The notes: generated by a model not told the origin, from the letters alone. Numbered from the stretch's first letter, positions 1 through 14,223 are shown. The stretch: DNA of 64,000 bases from Octopus sinensis (GCF_006345805.1 NC_043010.1:25606001-25670000); one strand, 5' to 3'. Numbers and translations: made by a program.

Positions 1-391
1 AGGCTCTTCTAGTGATTATACAGAATAACAACAACAATAAGAATAATAATGATAACAATAATAACAGGAAGAAACTACCAAAATGTGGAAAACAGTACCA
101 AACATTTCTTATGTGTTCACTGACAGAATATGCCTTTGAAACATTTAAATTCAATGAATTTTGCTGTGGACTTAAATTAAATTCTTATTTAAATGTAATC
201 AGGAATGATATGCCATTGAATATTCTGGCTCTGAGATGGGCATTTGATATCAGTTTGTTGTGTAAAGTTAAAACATAAAATGCTAATGCTAATGGGAGAA
301 AAAAAAAGACCATTTTGAAATTAAGATATTGATCAAGTATGTGTATATATATGTATGTGTATATGTTTGTTTGTGTCTTTGTGTGTTTATG

Positions 392-437
<46 letters not shown>

Positions 438-548
438 CATGTATGTATATATGTATGTATGCATGTATGTGTATATATATGTTTGTGCATATGTTTGTAT
501 GTTTATGTGTGTTTATGTATGTGTATATGTATGTATGTTATATATATA

Positions 549-619
<71 letters not shown>

Positions 620-1802
620 ATATGTATGTATGCATGTATGTATATATGTATGTATGTATCATCAACATTTTAACATCAGCTTTTCCATGTTTACATGAGT
701 CATACAGAATTCATTGAGGTAGACTTTCCACAGCCTGATGCCTTTACTGTCATCAACCCTTGCTTGTTTCCAAGCAAGGTAGTATTTCCTGGTGGTTGGA
801 CATGGTTGGACTTGGCTTGTATGGCAGTGACTCTCATTTACAACTATCATGTGATGTCAAGACATGGAGACACTAACACACACACACACATACACACATG
901 CTCACAGATATACGTCCATCCATCCATACATACATACAAACGTACATACATACGTATGTATGAATGTATATGTTCATCAGAACACTATACAAAAAGTTCA
1001 TCATTACAATTATATATTATGTATATATATGTTTTCTGGTTCAGTTCCACTTCATGGCACCATGGACAAGTGTCATTAACTATAGCCTCTGGTTTATACA
1101 AACTCTTGCAAGTGGATTTGATAAATGGAAACACGTGTGTGTGCACATGCGCATCTGTATTTGTTCCCCACCACCACATGACAGCTGGTGTTGGTGTATT
1201 TACATCCCTGCAACTTAGTGTTTGGCAAAAGTGTCTGCTAGAATAATTACCAGGCTTAAAAAAAAGAAGAGCTGGGATCGATTTGCTTGACTAAAATTCT
1301 TGAAGGCAGTACCCCAGCATGGCCGCAGTCTAATAACTGAAACAAGTAAAAGCTAAAAGATATGTATATACATATCACCATCATCATCATCATCGTCGTC
1401 ATCATTTAATGTCCGTGTTCCATGCTAGCATGGGTGGGATGGTACCACAAGAGCTGACCAGGCTAAAACTTGCACTGGACTTCTGTGACTGTTTTGAAGG
1501 ATTTTTACAGCTGGATGCCCTTCCTAACACCAACCACTCAGCAGAGTGGACTTAGTGTTATTTACCTGGCTCAAGCACAGGCAAGGTCACGTTTGGCAAG
1601 GTTTTTACAGCTGGATGCCCTTCCAAACACCAACCACTTTACAGTGTGGACTGGGTACTTTTAAGTGGCGCCTGCACTGACAGGGTCACCAAGACAAACT
1701 TTTAAGAGGGGTGAAGCCATTGGAGGAGGTGATTATGAAAGTTTACAGAGAGACAAACACAGGTATCTTGCTGTAGAGGAAGTATAAGGTTACCCATATA
1801 TA

Positions 1803-2850
1803 TAGGAATTACAACCGTGTTTCGTGGTCTGCTACCACAACAGCTCCTTTATAGGATCCAGTTAGCTCAAGACATCATCAGGAGGAACCACGTCCGGTTT
1901 TGATCCTTATTCCTCTACCGTTTTGACGTGGTAGCCCCCCCCCCTTTCGGAGGTGTCTTCAGCTCTGGTGTTGGGTGCATGTCTTCTTTCTTCTGTTCCC
2001 TGGCCTCTTTGATGTATCGTCAGCGAGTGTCAGCCGGTGACTGACTGTCTTGTCAAATTTTTCCCTTTAAATACCTGCCACATAGGCTCCAGCAGGCAGC
2101 CCCAGCAAGTTGTCATGTGACACTGTCTCACCTTAACTGACTAGTGAAGGCATGTAGTTTTAGCCCGCACTTTTTCTAAACAACCATCACCTGTCAGGCA
2201 GCCCCAGCAAGTTGTCACGTGACACTGTCTCACCTTAACTGACTAGTGAAGGTGCGTATTTTTAGCCTGTGCTTTTTCTAAATGACCGTCACCTGTCAGT
2301 CAGCTTGTCTCACCTAATGATGTTATTTTCCGTCGGTGTGGTTATGACTTTCAAGCCATTTTCAGTCTTCCCGCTTCAGCCATATATAGAAGCTGACTTT
2401 TTCGACCACCTCCTGTACTCTCCTGATTAGTTTACACAGCTCGGGGCTAGAAAAAACAAATCTTCTTTTGAAAAGCGTTGTCATTTTCTTTTCAATGAAG
2501 CCTCTAGCCCCGACTGCCAGGTGATAATATTCGACATTCCATCCCTGTTCTCTGCATTCTTCGATTGGCTTTTCATACCTCTTCTCCTTTCGTTCCTCTG
2601 CATTGCCAATGTTCTCTTCTCAAGGTACTGTCAGTTCTAGTAAAATTCCCATTCTCCGGTCTCTGTTCCATAGAACTAAATCCGGTCTTTTTGTTGTTTT
2701 TATTAGTGGAAATATCACTTGTCTTTCCAAGTCCGTGGCCACCTCCCAGTATTCCTTCCATCTTTCGTCTATCTCGTATACTTTACTTGTAGGCCTGGTT
2801 TTATAACCTTTTCCCTCCTTGTGGAAGTATACTTTCCTACGCTTTTCTAC
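1803..2850 (-). mobile_element. 5'-truncated HERO-like (restriction-like endonuclease) non-LTR retrotransposon: ORF C-terminus plus 3' region
   Basis: Minus-strand translation of ~2850-2362 reads YFHKEG...WEVATDLERQVIFPLIKTTKRPDLVLWNRDRRMGILLELTVP*EENIGNAEERKEKRYE...CREQGW...VGARGF...KVSFYIWLKRED*. This is the RPD..ELTVPWE..RK..Y RLE signature I associate with the HERO clade; W->stop in ELTVPW. The 3' boundary is approximate. Confidence 0.75.
2093..2296. repeat. Two-copy 102-bp tandem duplication in the 3' region of the HERO-like element
   Basis: caggcagccccagcaagttgtcaYgtgacactgtctcaccttaactgactagtgaagg... starts at 2093 and again at 2195. Confidence 0.9.
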
Positions 2851-3307
2851 TATATATAAGTTTAAATAATCAGAAAATGGAGCAAACTTTTGATCAACAT
2901 ATGAACAAATTGAACCACATCTGTAGAATATTTTTTAATACAAAACATGACATAACATTTCCGCTTTCAATGCCAATCAGTGCTTACGAAAAAATTTCGA
3001 AAATAATATTCATCATCTTCATAGGACATTTGATCTAGTACATGGAGTTTTATCAGAGTGAATACAAATGCGCAAAACAAAATAAACAAAGGGAAGAGGG
3101 AATAGGAAAGAACAGGGCCTCGAGAAGAGACCAGTGGGCTCAGTATATTAAAATCATACCATCTTCCAGTGTTGCACTTTGAAGTCAATAGGCATAGTGT
3201 GCCTGCATACCCATGCCTGGGGATAGCAGCACAGGTAATTAATACCAATAGCAAATACAGATATTTGTATCCTTTAGTTGTTACTATAACTGCTAAATCT
3301 GCTTACC

Positions 3308-3339
<32 letters not shown>

Positions 3340-3813
3340 AGGAAAAAAAGTCAAGATAGAAAATGCTAAAATAATTTTATAAAAAACATTTCAGTGCCGG
3401 TTTCAGTTATCAAGACTTTTTCAACTGTAATATGGAAAACAATTAAATTTCGGAAAAATGAAAAGAAAAGTTTTTTAAAAGAATATTTGCATAGTGTTCA
3501 AATACAAGGGGCATTTTCTTTGTTTCTGCCTGTTTCTCTCTCTCTCTCTTGTTTATTCTTGTATATATATATATATTGGACGGTTGCTAGAAAAGCAGAA
3601 ATTTTGAAGGCAAATCTAATAAGCGTTAATTAGATCATCAATAAACTGTGTGATAGGTGGCCCCTGATTCGTTGTTTCTGTTATCAAACATTTTGAACAT
3701 TTGTGAATATTAATATGGTATTATGCTTTCTAACGCTTATTCTTTACCTCAAATAGATCTTGTGAAAATATAAAACGCCATTTCACAAATTTTCCGTTTT
3801 CCTAGCGACCACC

Positions 3814-3850
<37 letters not shown>

Positions 3851-5029
3851 TATATGAATATATATATATATATACATACACATACACATATATGTGTGTA
3901 TATATATATATATACATATACACACATACATGACAGGCTTCTTTCACTTTTCATTTGTTACATCCACTCACAATGCTTTAATCAGCCTGGGGCTAGAGTA
4001 GAAAACATTTGTCCAACAGGCAATGCTGTAGGGCTGAACCTGAAACTTTGTGGTTTGGGACCAAGCTACTTAACCATACAGCCATCCTGCATCTACAATG
4101 ATAAAATAGGAATTGGCTGTTAAAAAGTACCAATCTTGCATTTGGAGTTATTAACGTAACTGCTATCACTCATTAATTTGTGATATCTTCCTGTTATTTT
4201 ATCCTTTTGATATTTTCATTTGTGGACAAATTGAAAAGATATCAGATGGATTCAAATCACTTTGCACCAGAGCCCTCAATGAGCAGGATTGGCAAGCAAC
4301 AAAGATGATAAATCAATAGCTTGTACTTTTGTCAAAGAAATCCATTATATAGCATTCAACACAGCAGTAAATTTGCTTTCATTTTGTATGAGAAAAGAAA
4401 ATAATAAACATGCACCCCAAAACACCTGAACACATTGTAAAATGTGTATTTAGAGGGAAATATATATAGCTTGAAGTGTTGAGCTTCCATATATGATGTT
4501 AGCGGCTTAAGTATTTCTTATACAATAAACTCAGTGTTACAATCGCTGGCTTAAGAGATTTTGCATGTCTATCATGATTACATACTTTTAATAAATGGCA
4601 CACTCATTAAAATTAACCAATCCCTGAGGTCTTGATAGTTCATCCTGTTCTCTAATTACTTTCCTCGTTATATTTCTATCCATCTTAACACTGTTGTAGT
4701 CATGGCCTCCATTATCCTTGCCATTGATCTCTTTGCTGACTTAGTTTAGATGAGCCATCTTGGACTGTTCCTTTTATGTTTTCCTTCTTCCATCAGATAC
4801 AAGAAATAAACAAACAAATAAACTAACTGCCTATATTTATTGATTCATCTAATAGTTCGCCTATTGATTGTGCTTTAAATCAGACGGCCATAAGTCATTT
4901 CTTGTTCTACTGCAGCAAAAATGAAAAAAGAAATTTTCAACATTTACTTCCAATATCCTTCACATTGTTTGTCTCCATGTCATCATAATCTTCACTTTAT
5001 TACTTTCAATAATTTTGCATGTGCGTGTG

Positions 5030-5104
<75 letters not shown>

Positions 5105-7142
5105 GTATGTATATGTATGTATATATATATATATATGTATGTATGTATATATATATGTATGTATGTATGTATGTACACAGAAACACAGCTACAGACACAC
5201 ATATATATACACACATACACACACACATATATATGTTGTATGTGATTATAAACTTCTGTTTCTGTTTATTTCTTTATTTTCTTCCTCTCTCTCTCTTCCT
5301 CCCTCTCCTTCTCCTTCCTCCTCTCTCTTCTCCTCCCCCTCTCTCCCTCTCCTCTCTCTTCTTCCCTCTCTCCCTCCCCTATCTCTTCCTCCTCTCCCTC
5401 GCCTCTCTCTTCCTCCCTCTTTCCCTCTCACTTCCTCCCTCTTTCCATCCCTTCCTTCCTTCTCTCTTCCTCCCTCTCGCCCTCTCCTTCACCTCTCTCT
5501 TCTTCCACTCTCCCCCTCTTCCTCCTCCCCTTCTCTCTTAGGTCATTTTTATCCTGTCCCTCCTGTCACATTAGGTTTATTTTTGCATAGTGACCATGTT
5601 TCCCTGACACACCCTTCACCCAGCAGTCATTCAGTCTGCCTTTTGTGGTGGTCATCAACACATATGTCTTACAATAAAGACACTACTTTCTTCTTATCAC
5701 TCAATTCATATTTGTAAAAGCTTTGCTAAGATCACACATCATAAACATCCTCTAACACTTAGATCATACTCTACTAATTACTATTCTTCATATCCAATCC
5801 TAAATGGAATATTAATTGATTTCCTTTGGTAACTTTGACAATCTGATTAATTATTCTTAATTGCAACAAATAACAACAGATGTCTTGTTGTTAGCATGTT
5901 GTTCCTGCTTGTATTTGCTGTTGTTTATAAATCTATCTGGCCTTTGCCAATTTACTGTCTTTGTTCCAGTATTCCAGTGTTGGTTTTGGAGCTCTGTGCC
6001 ATGCACTCAAATCCCACCAAGGTCAACTTTGCCATTCATCATTCTTTAGTCGATAAACAAAGTACTAATCCAGAAGTGGTAAACTGGTAGAATTGTTAGA
6101 GAATCAGATTGGATGCTTTGCAGTATCAGTTAGATGAGCCATCTTGGACTGTTCCTTTTATGTTTTCCTTCTTCCATCAGATACAAGAAATAATTCCTGT
6201 TTGCAGAAAAAAAAAAATAATAATAATTAAAAAATATTAAAAATGTGTAGTAAAACTTCTGCGAAGAGTTGTGACTGATGTGGTATCAGCAGCAGGGGCG
6301 GACAAAAATAAGACCCAATAGAAATATAGTTTCTTTGGTTCATTTGAAAGAAATGGTAGAATCATTAGAACATTTAAAAGCAAATAATTGCCCTGAGGTA
6401 CTTGTTCTGATTCCTTACTTTCAGAGTTCAAATCCTGCCGAGTAACTTGTCCTACACTGGCTATAGTTGTGTACATCTTTTTTCTGTTTTCCTTTCTCAC
6501 TTATCCAATTGAGCCTCCCTCTTTTGTTTTTGTTTTTTTTAAGATAGTGTATGATTTGACCCTTTAGCATTCAGATTACTTTATCAAATGTAAAGCTTAT
6601 CTATTCACATTGTTTTGAATTAACCATGCATAATCTCATAGCTTTCAGATTTCAATGATGTGATTCTGTATTTCTAGAATGACATTGTAAGTTTAGTGTA
6701 AGAAGCCAGATCTGGCCAGTTTGAACATAAAACAGGTAGAATTCTAAGGTAGGATATCTTTTATCTCTTTTATCTTTTATTCACTTCATTCGTTAAACTG
6801 TGGCCCCACCATGGCCAGTGGCCATGCAGGGGCCACAGTCTAAGAATTTTTAGTCAAATGAATTGACTCCCAGTACTTTGTTTTTAAAAGCCTGGCATTT
6901 ATTCTATCGATCTGTTTTGCTGAACTGCCAAATTACAGGAATGTAAACAAAACCAACATTGGTTGGGAGTGGGGACACAATCACAAAGACACACACACAT
7001 ATATGACGAGCTTCTTTCAGCTTCCATCTACTAAATCCACTCACAAGGCTTTGATTGGTCTGCGGCTATAATAGAAGACATTTGCCCTAGGTGCTACACA
7101 GTGGGACTGAACTCAGAACCATGTTTCTGGGAAGCAAACTTC

Positions 7143-7372
7143 TTATTTCTTTATTGCCCACAAGGGGCTAAACATAGATGGGACAAACAAGGACAGACAA
7201 ACGGATTAAGTCGATTACATCGACCCCAGTACACAACTGGTACTTAATTTACCGACCCCGAAAGGATGAAAAGCAAAGTCGACCTTGGCGGAATTTGAAC
7301 TCAGAACATAACGGCAGGCGAAATACCATTAAGCATTTCGCCCGATGTGCTAACGTTTCTGCCAGCTCGCCG
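7143..7372 (-). mobile_element. tRNA-derived SINE (family S2), near full length
   Basis: Minus strand starts gcggcgagctggcagaaacgttagca (A-box-like) ... gttctgagttcaaattccgcc (B-box) and ends ...gtgggcaataaagaaataaga. Degenerate relatives occur at ~10210-10410, ~26620-26760 and ~28200-28360. Confidence 0.75.
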
Positions 7373-8002
7373 CTTTTCTTCTTACCGCACAACCACGTCT
7401 GCAGTTTAAGGGAGATTTGGCTTTTTCAATCTGGTTGAGTAAATCTCAGTGTAGATCTTCATTGGTTTGTAAAACATGTTTCTTGTGTTGTATTAAACAT
7501 AAATATCAAACCAAAAATATTGAAGAGAGAGTCCATATAGGGACAGGAGTGGCACTTTATGCTTGTGTGAAGGCAATGCATAAAGGTGTTGGGGGTGGGT
7601 ATAACTAGAATTTCCTCCTCTGCTTCTGGCTTTGCTCAGCCTGCAGTTTCATGTTGTGTGTTTCTGTTCTGTCAATAACGTCAGTGTGGTTGAGTGACCT
7701 TCGTCCTGTATAAGAATTTCAGAGAGAACTGTGTTTCTTTCAATAAAAGCTAAACTCGATCTAATTTTAGAAAGCCTTCTTACCCAGCAAAGAAATCATC
7801 ATCATCATCATCATTATCATCATTTCATAATGGCCAGAATGGCAATAAAGTAACATGATCATAATAGATTAAATAGCAAAGGATAGATCTGGCTGAAACA
7901 GGTAGTGGGTGGGGGAGGGGAGAGTAAATAACAAATAAAATATAAAAAAGAAATAAAAACATGTTAAGAGAGCACCGGAAAGTTATATGATGTTCTGACT
8001 AG

Positions 8003-8128
8003 AGTAAAGACTTAAGAGATGAAGTAGAAGTCACTAATGAGGAGGCTAGGTTAAGCGGTCTGCTTGAATATGTTGTTCCTAAACATCCTTTATTTCGTTT
8101 TAGGTCGTCCATGAATGAAGAACTTACT
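8003..8128 (+). CDS. Candidate internal coding exon (phase 0-0) of an unidentified host gene
   Basis: ctag|AGT...ACT|gtgaat; 42 codons SKDLRDEVEVTNEEARLSGLLEYVVPKHPLFRFRSSMNEELT in non-repetitive sequence, with protein-like composition. The donor is weak and no homology was recognised. Confidence 0.3.
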
Positions 8129-8268
8129 GTGAATCAGTCATAAAAGAGAAAGACAAGAGATTCCAACAGGAAATGTACTCTTGTTTTCACTACTTTATTT
8201 TGGAACACTTACACAAACTCATACTTATATATATATGTGTGTGTGTGTTTATCTATGTATTATATGTA

Positions 8269-8302
<34 letters not shown>

Positions 8303-8586
8303 AAAAATAAATAATGTCATAATTATATATCATTGTACTAATAGAACTTCATAGCAATCATTGGACACCAGATCTACTCTCTATGGCCACTGCTAACTCC
8401 TAAACCCACAATTAACTGCATTTCACAAAAACACAAAAACATCTCTAAGAGCAGCAAAAAGGAAATATAGGACCTGCACAGCCTCTTTGTTTATGTGTCT
8501 TCTTTTTTTGTTGATTTTTTTTTTGGTCAAACAAGAAAGGGAAGTGTCTCTGACCTTTATTAACCTCTACAATTTGTGGATGGAAC

Positions 8587-8624
<38 letters not shown>

Positions 8625-8719
8625 AATAAAACCCATGACTTTTGAGTTGATGCTAACCATTATTTACTCCCCTACAAGTAGCCCTGATGGAAGTCTGTAG
8701 CCACATGTGGACCTGCCAG

Positions 8720-8806
<87 letters not shown>

Positions 8807-10423
8807 GTATGTAAAATCTATATAAAATTTATCAAAACCAATTAAAGAGAAAAAATTAATACAAATTATATGAATTTTTCCCAAATATAAAATATATAAT
8901 GTGTACAAATATATATATATAGGTGTGTATGTATGTCATCATCATCCTCATTTAGCATCTGTTGTCCATGGTGGCATGGGTTTGGATGGTTTTACCAGGG
9001 GTGGTAAGCTGGAAGGCTGCACCAGACTCCAGTCTGATTTGGTATGGCCTTCTATAGCTAGATTTCCTTCCTAGCACCAACCACTCTGAGAGTGTAATGG
9101 GTGCTTTTACATGCCACCGGCATGGATGCCATTTGTGTGACACCAGGGTGCTTTTATGTGCCACCATATATATATCTATCATCATCATCATCATCATCAT
9201 CCTTTCATGTCCATTTTCCATCCAGGCATGGGTTGGATGGTTTGGCCAGAACTGGCAGCCAGAGAGCTGCACCAGGTTCTGGTCTGATTTGGCTCAGTTT
9301 CTATAACTGGATACCCTTCCTAACACCAGCCATATTTTAATGTGACGCCAGCACAAGCACTTTTACATAGTGCTAGCAGGAATATTTTCTATGTGGTACT
9401 GGCACAGGACCCTTGCAGGCCAATCCGTTTCATCAGTGGGAGCGGCCTTAATACTTCTGCTGTGGAGGATGGGTCTTCTTGATACAGCAAGGCACCAGAT
9501 AACTCAGTCTTTTGTCATCTCCTCTGAAAGGTTCAGTGTCCTGAGATCATCGATACCTTCGTCTCATGTCTTCCTTGGTTTCCCTCTTCCACAAGTTCCA
9601 TCCACTTTGAGTGATTAGCATTTCTTTATGGAGTCGTCTGCTTAACATGACCAAACCAGTGCATTCTTCTGTCTTGCACTATGTATGTATATAATATACA
9701 TTTACAAACAGCAGGTTTCTCTCAGTTTCTGCTTATTAAATCCACTCACAAGGTTGGAGCCATAGTAGAAGACACTTGGACTGTGGGACTGAACCTGAAG
9801 CCGCATGGGGTTGGGAAACGAACTTGCTGACCACACAACTATGTCCACAGCTATTATGTAATTTGAAAATTACTTTTGTTATGTGGAGGGTGAGGTGTTG
9901 TAGGTAAATTAATTGTTCATATGATATAAGTTAAAAATAGCAGAATCGTTAAAGCATTTAAGCACAACTAATGGAATATTTTTAAATGATAAATCTATTA
10001 ACATTATAGAAACCAGTGAACTGTTGCATGGAAATCCCTAATAATCAGGGAACCTAACACCAACTCTGTACATTGCTGGTTTTATAAATGGCAGAAACTG
10101 CACATCTGGATGTAACAGTCAATTCATATGGGATGCTAAAATGCAATTGTCAAAGTTGTAAAACGGCAACAAAAATCATTATCATTATCATCATCATGAT
10201 TGGTATTATAAGGCAGTAAGCTGGCAGAATTGTTAGCATGCTGGGAAAAATGCTTAGCTGCATTTCATCCATCTTTACATTTAATTTCCGCCATGGTCAA
10301 CTTGGCCTTCCATCCTTTTGGGGGTCAATAAAATAAGTACCAGTTGGGGTTGATGTTTTCAACTTAACCACTCTCCTAAAATTGTTGACTTTGCACCAAG
10401 ATTTGAAACCATTGTTGTTGTTG

Positions 10424-10491
<68 letters not shown>

Positions 10492-10512
10492 GTTACTATT
10501 ATCATTATTATT

Positions 10513-10818
10513 ATCTTAAAACTCACAGCTTATTTTGCTGGGTATGATGGAAAGTGTCAGCTGTCCACAGTCAACAAACTAAGATGACACTTGTTATACT
10601 GGTCATGCTTCAAGAACCCTGTAAAGAATTCTTGCAGTTCCAAGCAATGCTGATTTTTGTAGGTGTTCTACCTTCACACTTGCACCGATCTTTTTCAGCC
10701 ATGTTGGTAGTTGAGTGCTGATGCTTCCAAGTGCACCAATTACTATTGGTATCATGTCTACTCTCTTCATTGACCACCAACCTTCGTATTTCCCACTTTA
10801 AATCATTGTAGTTGTTTA
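10513..10818 (-). mobile_element. 3' end of an R4/Dong-like non-LTR retrotransposon embedded in (TAA)n
   Basis: Minus strand reads NYNDLKWEIRRL/WSMKRVDMIPIVIGALGSISTQLPTWLKKIGASVKVEHLQKSALLGTARILYRVLEA* (one frameshift, stop at 10603-10605). This is the typical R4/Dong C-terminus; (ATT)n tracts lie on both sides. Confidence 0.8.
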
Positions 10819-11544
10819 ATTATTATTATTATTATTATTATTGAGTGAGAGAGCAGTGCATGCCATCAAAGTGACACTGGGGTAAAATATACGAAGCCCA
10901 GTATACCCATCATGACTACCCGTCTGATAAGGGTACACCAGCGACATGCATCACAATCATATGTGCATGACGTGGTGATCTCATATCAAGATAAACAGTG
11001 CATAACCTTGCAGGTGGAGCCAAGTAAGAATTTTCTTCTGGTCGAGTAGCCCATCCCGCTGAAAAGGTCCTTGAATAAGGATTGTTTAAGGATGTTGAAC
11101 GAACCACCCATGTTTCCAAAGGTGAATTATCCAAACCTCTAAGAATTCCTTTCAACACATGGCTATGATGCTCCCCCAGTTATTATTATTATTATCATCA
11201 CCATCTTTATAAAATGCAAACATCTGGCTCTGTAGATAAAATGTACCAAAACAAAATTAAGAATGTTTATTTCTATGAAAAATGCCATCATCATTTCTAT
11301 CACAATGATAAATGATATCCAGTAAGCACACTCAATTTGATGCAGTTGGATTCACTGCAAGTCAAACGAGGATTGTAATTATAAAGATTTTAATGGAATG
11401 TCTTAGTTTTGGAAATGTTTTCATTAGCAGAATTAACTTACTGCTAGGTTCATAGCTATTCTGTAGTTGAGTAGGTAACCATAGGAAGGTCAACTGAATT
11501 GCACTAAACAATATTCTCTTCTACTCTAGACACAAGGCCCGAAA

Positions 11545-11935
11545 TTTTTGGAGAGGGGACCAGTCGATTAAATCAACCTCAGTATGCAACTGGTACTTTC
11601 TAAGCCTTGTACTTACTCTATAGGTCATTTTTACTTGACCGCTAAGTTACGGGGATATAAACACACCAACATCGGTTGTCGAGCAATGGTGGGAGGACAA
11701 ACACAGACACACAAACATATATACACACACACATATATCTATATATCTTCTATCTCTCTCTATATATATAAATGTATATACGATGGGCTTCTTTCAGTTT
11801 CTGTCTACCAAATCCACTCACATGGCTTTGGTTGGCCCAAGGCTATAGTGGAAGACACTTGCCCAAGGTGCCATGCAGTGAGACTGAACCTGGAACCATA
11901 TGGTTAGTAAACAAGCTACTTACCACACAGCAATA
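11545..11935 (-). mobile_element. tRNA-derived SINE (family S1)
   Basis: Reverse complement of the 41215-41592 SINE (gtgtggtaag...ggttccaggttcagtc...ttgggcaagtgtcttccactatagcc...). Further copies lie at ~6780-7142, 13760-13890, 16345-16500, 33020-33510, 33660-34050, 36080-36640, 38080-38230, 48865-48975 and 59500-59850. Confidence 0.8.
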
Positions 11936-13125
11936 TCATGCCCAAATATTCTACCTGTCTTATATTCAAACTGATTAGATCCAGCCTCTCCCACCAATAA
12001 AACAATGTCATTCTAAAAATAAACAATTGCATCATTGAAATCTCAAAGCCATGAGATGGTACATAATGAATTCAAAACAATGTGAATAAATAAGGGTTAC
12101 ATTTGACAGAGTAACCTGAATGTTAAAGGGTTAAGGACTATGCAGGTCATGAATGTTATTTCTGTGAGGGAACCCTGCCCATCATCATCATTTAATGACT
12201 GTATTCCATGCAGGTGTGGATTGGATGGTCTGACAGGAACTGACAAACCAGAAGATTGCATTGAACTCCAGTGTCTGCTTTTAGAGACCCTTCTTGGCAC
12301 CAACCACTTTAACGGTGTGTATTGGGTGCTTTCTTTTGTGACACTGGCCCTAGTGAGGTCACTAAGTAACTTTCAAGACAAGATCCCTTGACAGAGTTGG
12401 GATGTAGCATGGCTTAGCGGTTAGGGTGTAGGACTCGTGATCAAAAGAATGTGGTTTCGATTCCTTGACAAGGCAATGTGTTGTGTTCTTGAGCAAAATA
12501 CTTCATTTCACATTGTTCCAGTTCACACAATTGGTAAAAAGGAGTAATCCTGTGACAGACTGGCATCCCATCCAGGAAGGGAACATATATGTCAGAGTAA
12601 TGTGGACCAACCATTGAGGGAGATGACTTTTTGCCAGGTGTTGAGGGACAGGGACAGGTATCTTGCTGTTGTGGAGATGCATGGCTACCCCAGCAGGTAA
12701 GAGAGAAAGGACGATGGAGATGAGGTGTCAGGGCATAGCCTCATGGTAAAGAGAATGACAAGAGAAAGAAAGGTGAGTGTCAGATGGTTAGAGCTAAATA
12801 AATAAATAGTTTGATGGAAATAAATAGTTCCATCAGATTTATTTGTTGATGTAGACATGATCCATTAGGATGAGTAATTACTCATGCAAATATTTAAATT
12901 TACAAAACTATCTAACCTACACTAAAATCAAGCACCAAAAACAAACATCTTTCCCCCTCAATCAGTCACTCACACACTTTATACCTTGTTTCTTAGGTAT
13001 TTTCATTTCAATTAAAATGTTTGTATTCTTTCTTTCTCTCTCTCTCTCTCTATCTCCCTCTCTCTTTCTCTTTCTGTCTCTCGTTCCCTCTCTCTGTTTC
13101 TGTCTTTCTCTCTCTCTCCTTCAAG

Positions 13126-13241
13126 TACCAATATGGCTGTCTTTCATCGACTCTTATGTCTTTCTTGATAGAATGTGAAAGCAGGGTTACCAAACGACTT
13201 ATTACTTATCCCACACAACTTGTCAGTCAGCCACTGAGGAA
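13126..13241 (+). CDS. Candidate internal coding exon (phase 0-2)
   Basis: Long CT tract then ccttcaag|TAC; reads YQYGCLSSTLMSFLIECESRVTKRLITYPTQLVSQPLR-AA|gtgaat. Phase-compatible with 8003-8128 and 15427-15532. Confidence 0.3.
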
Positions 13242-14001
13242 GTGAATCCGCCTTGTCCCGTATTATCTTTTGTTTATAACAGCATCATATGTGTAAGGGA
13301 GAAAAATTAGGTTAACCTAATAATACAGTTACATTGTGACATGGTTGTGTTATAGTGGCCATTTAAACACACACACACACACATGTTCCATACACATGTG
13401 CACACACTCACACGTTCTCTCTTCTACTCACATATGCTTCTTTTTTACTTTTGTTTCTATTAGTTGGGTCTGAAGGAAGCAGCTATATCCAAGGTGTTGC
13501 CATTAAAGTTCCATTTAATAATTCAGACACCAACGCACCTGAAACTGCCCCCCACCCCCACCAGATTTATGGTTACAAACTCTTATTTTAAGGTGATCTT
13601 AATTAAAACCTTTCATTAGAATTCCCTGTGAGTTTGTGTTCTAAACACCAGCTTAATAACGACAAAATTATTTAAATTTATATTTTTTTATGACTTTCAA
13701 AGCTTATTGAAACCAAGACTGTCTATTTCACTAGAAATATGGTAGGGGCTGGCATTGGTGTGTGGTAAGAAGTTTGCATGACAACCTCATGGTTCTGGGT
13801 TCAGTCCCACTAAGTGACACCTTGGGCAAGTGTCTTCTGATATAGCCTTGGGGGTGGATTTGGGAGACAGAAACTGAATGAAGCCCATCATATATATATA
13901 TAAAATTAAAATTAAATAATAAGAGTAGAAATTGATATTAATCAATTAAAACCAGTGGCTTAGCATATTTTTAAAAATCTGAAGATTAAAAGTTATGTTA
14001 C

Positions 14002-14223
14002 ATACAAAATTAAGAGGAATGACCACTAAAGTGGACACCCTATATGCTAAACATAGACGTCAAATTGTCATTACCACGAAGAATGTGTTCTCAAGAAAAA
14101 ATTTTTACATTTTGGCGTTTTGCTGAGATTTTTTCTTGAGAACACATTCTTCATGGTAATGGCGATTTGATGTCTATGTTTAGCATATAGGGTGTCCACT
14201 TTAGTGGTCATTCCTCTTAATTT

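Noticed and set aside
185-717. Many YIYI/CVCV/HTHT-type ORFs here and throughout (e.g. 4921-5717, 33098-33605, 37214-38116, 39095-39649)
   Set aside because: Microsatellite artefacts.
12400-12450. tRNA-like sequence (A/B boxes)
   Set aside because: It is the head of a SINE, with no complete cloverleaf; the same applies to the other SINE heads.
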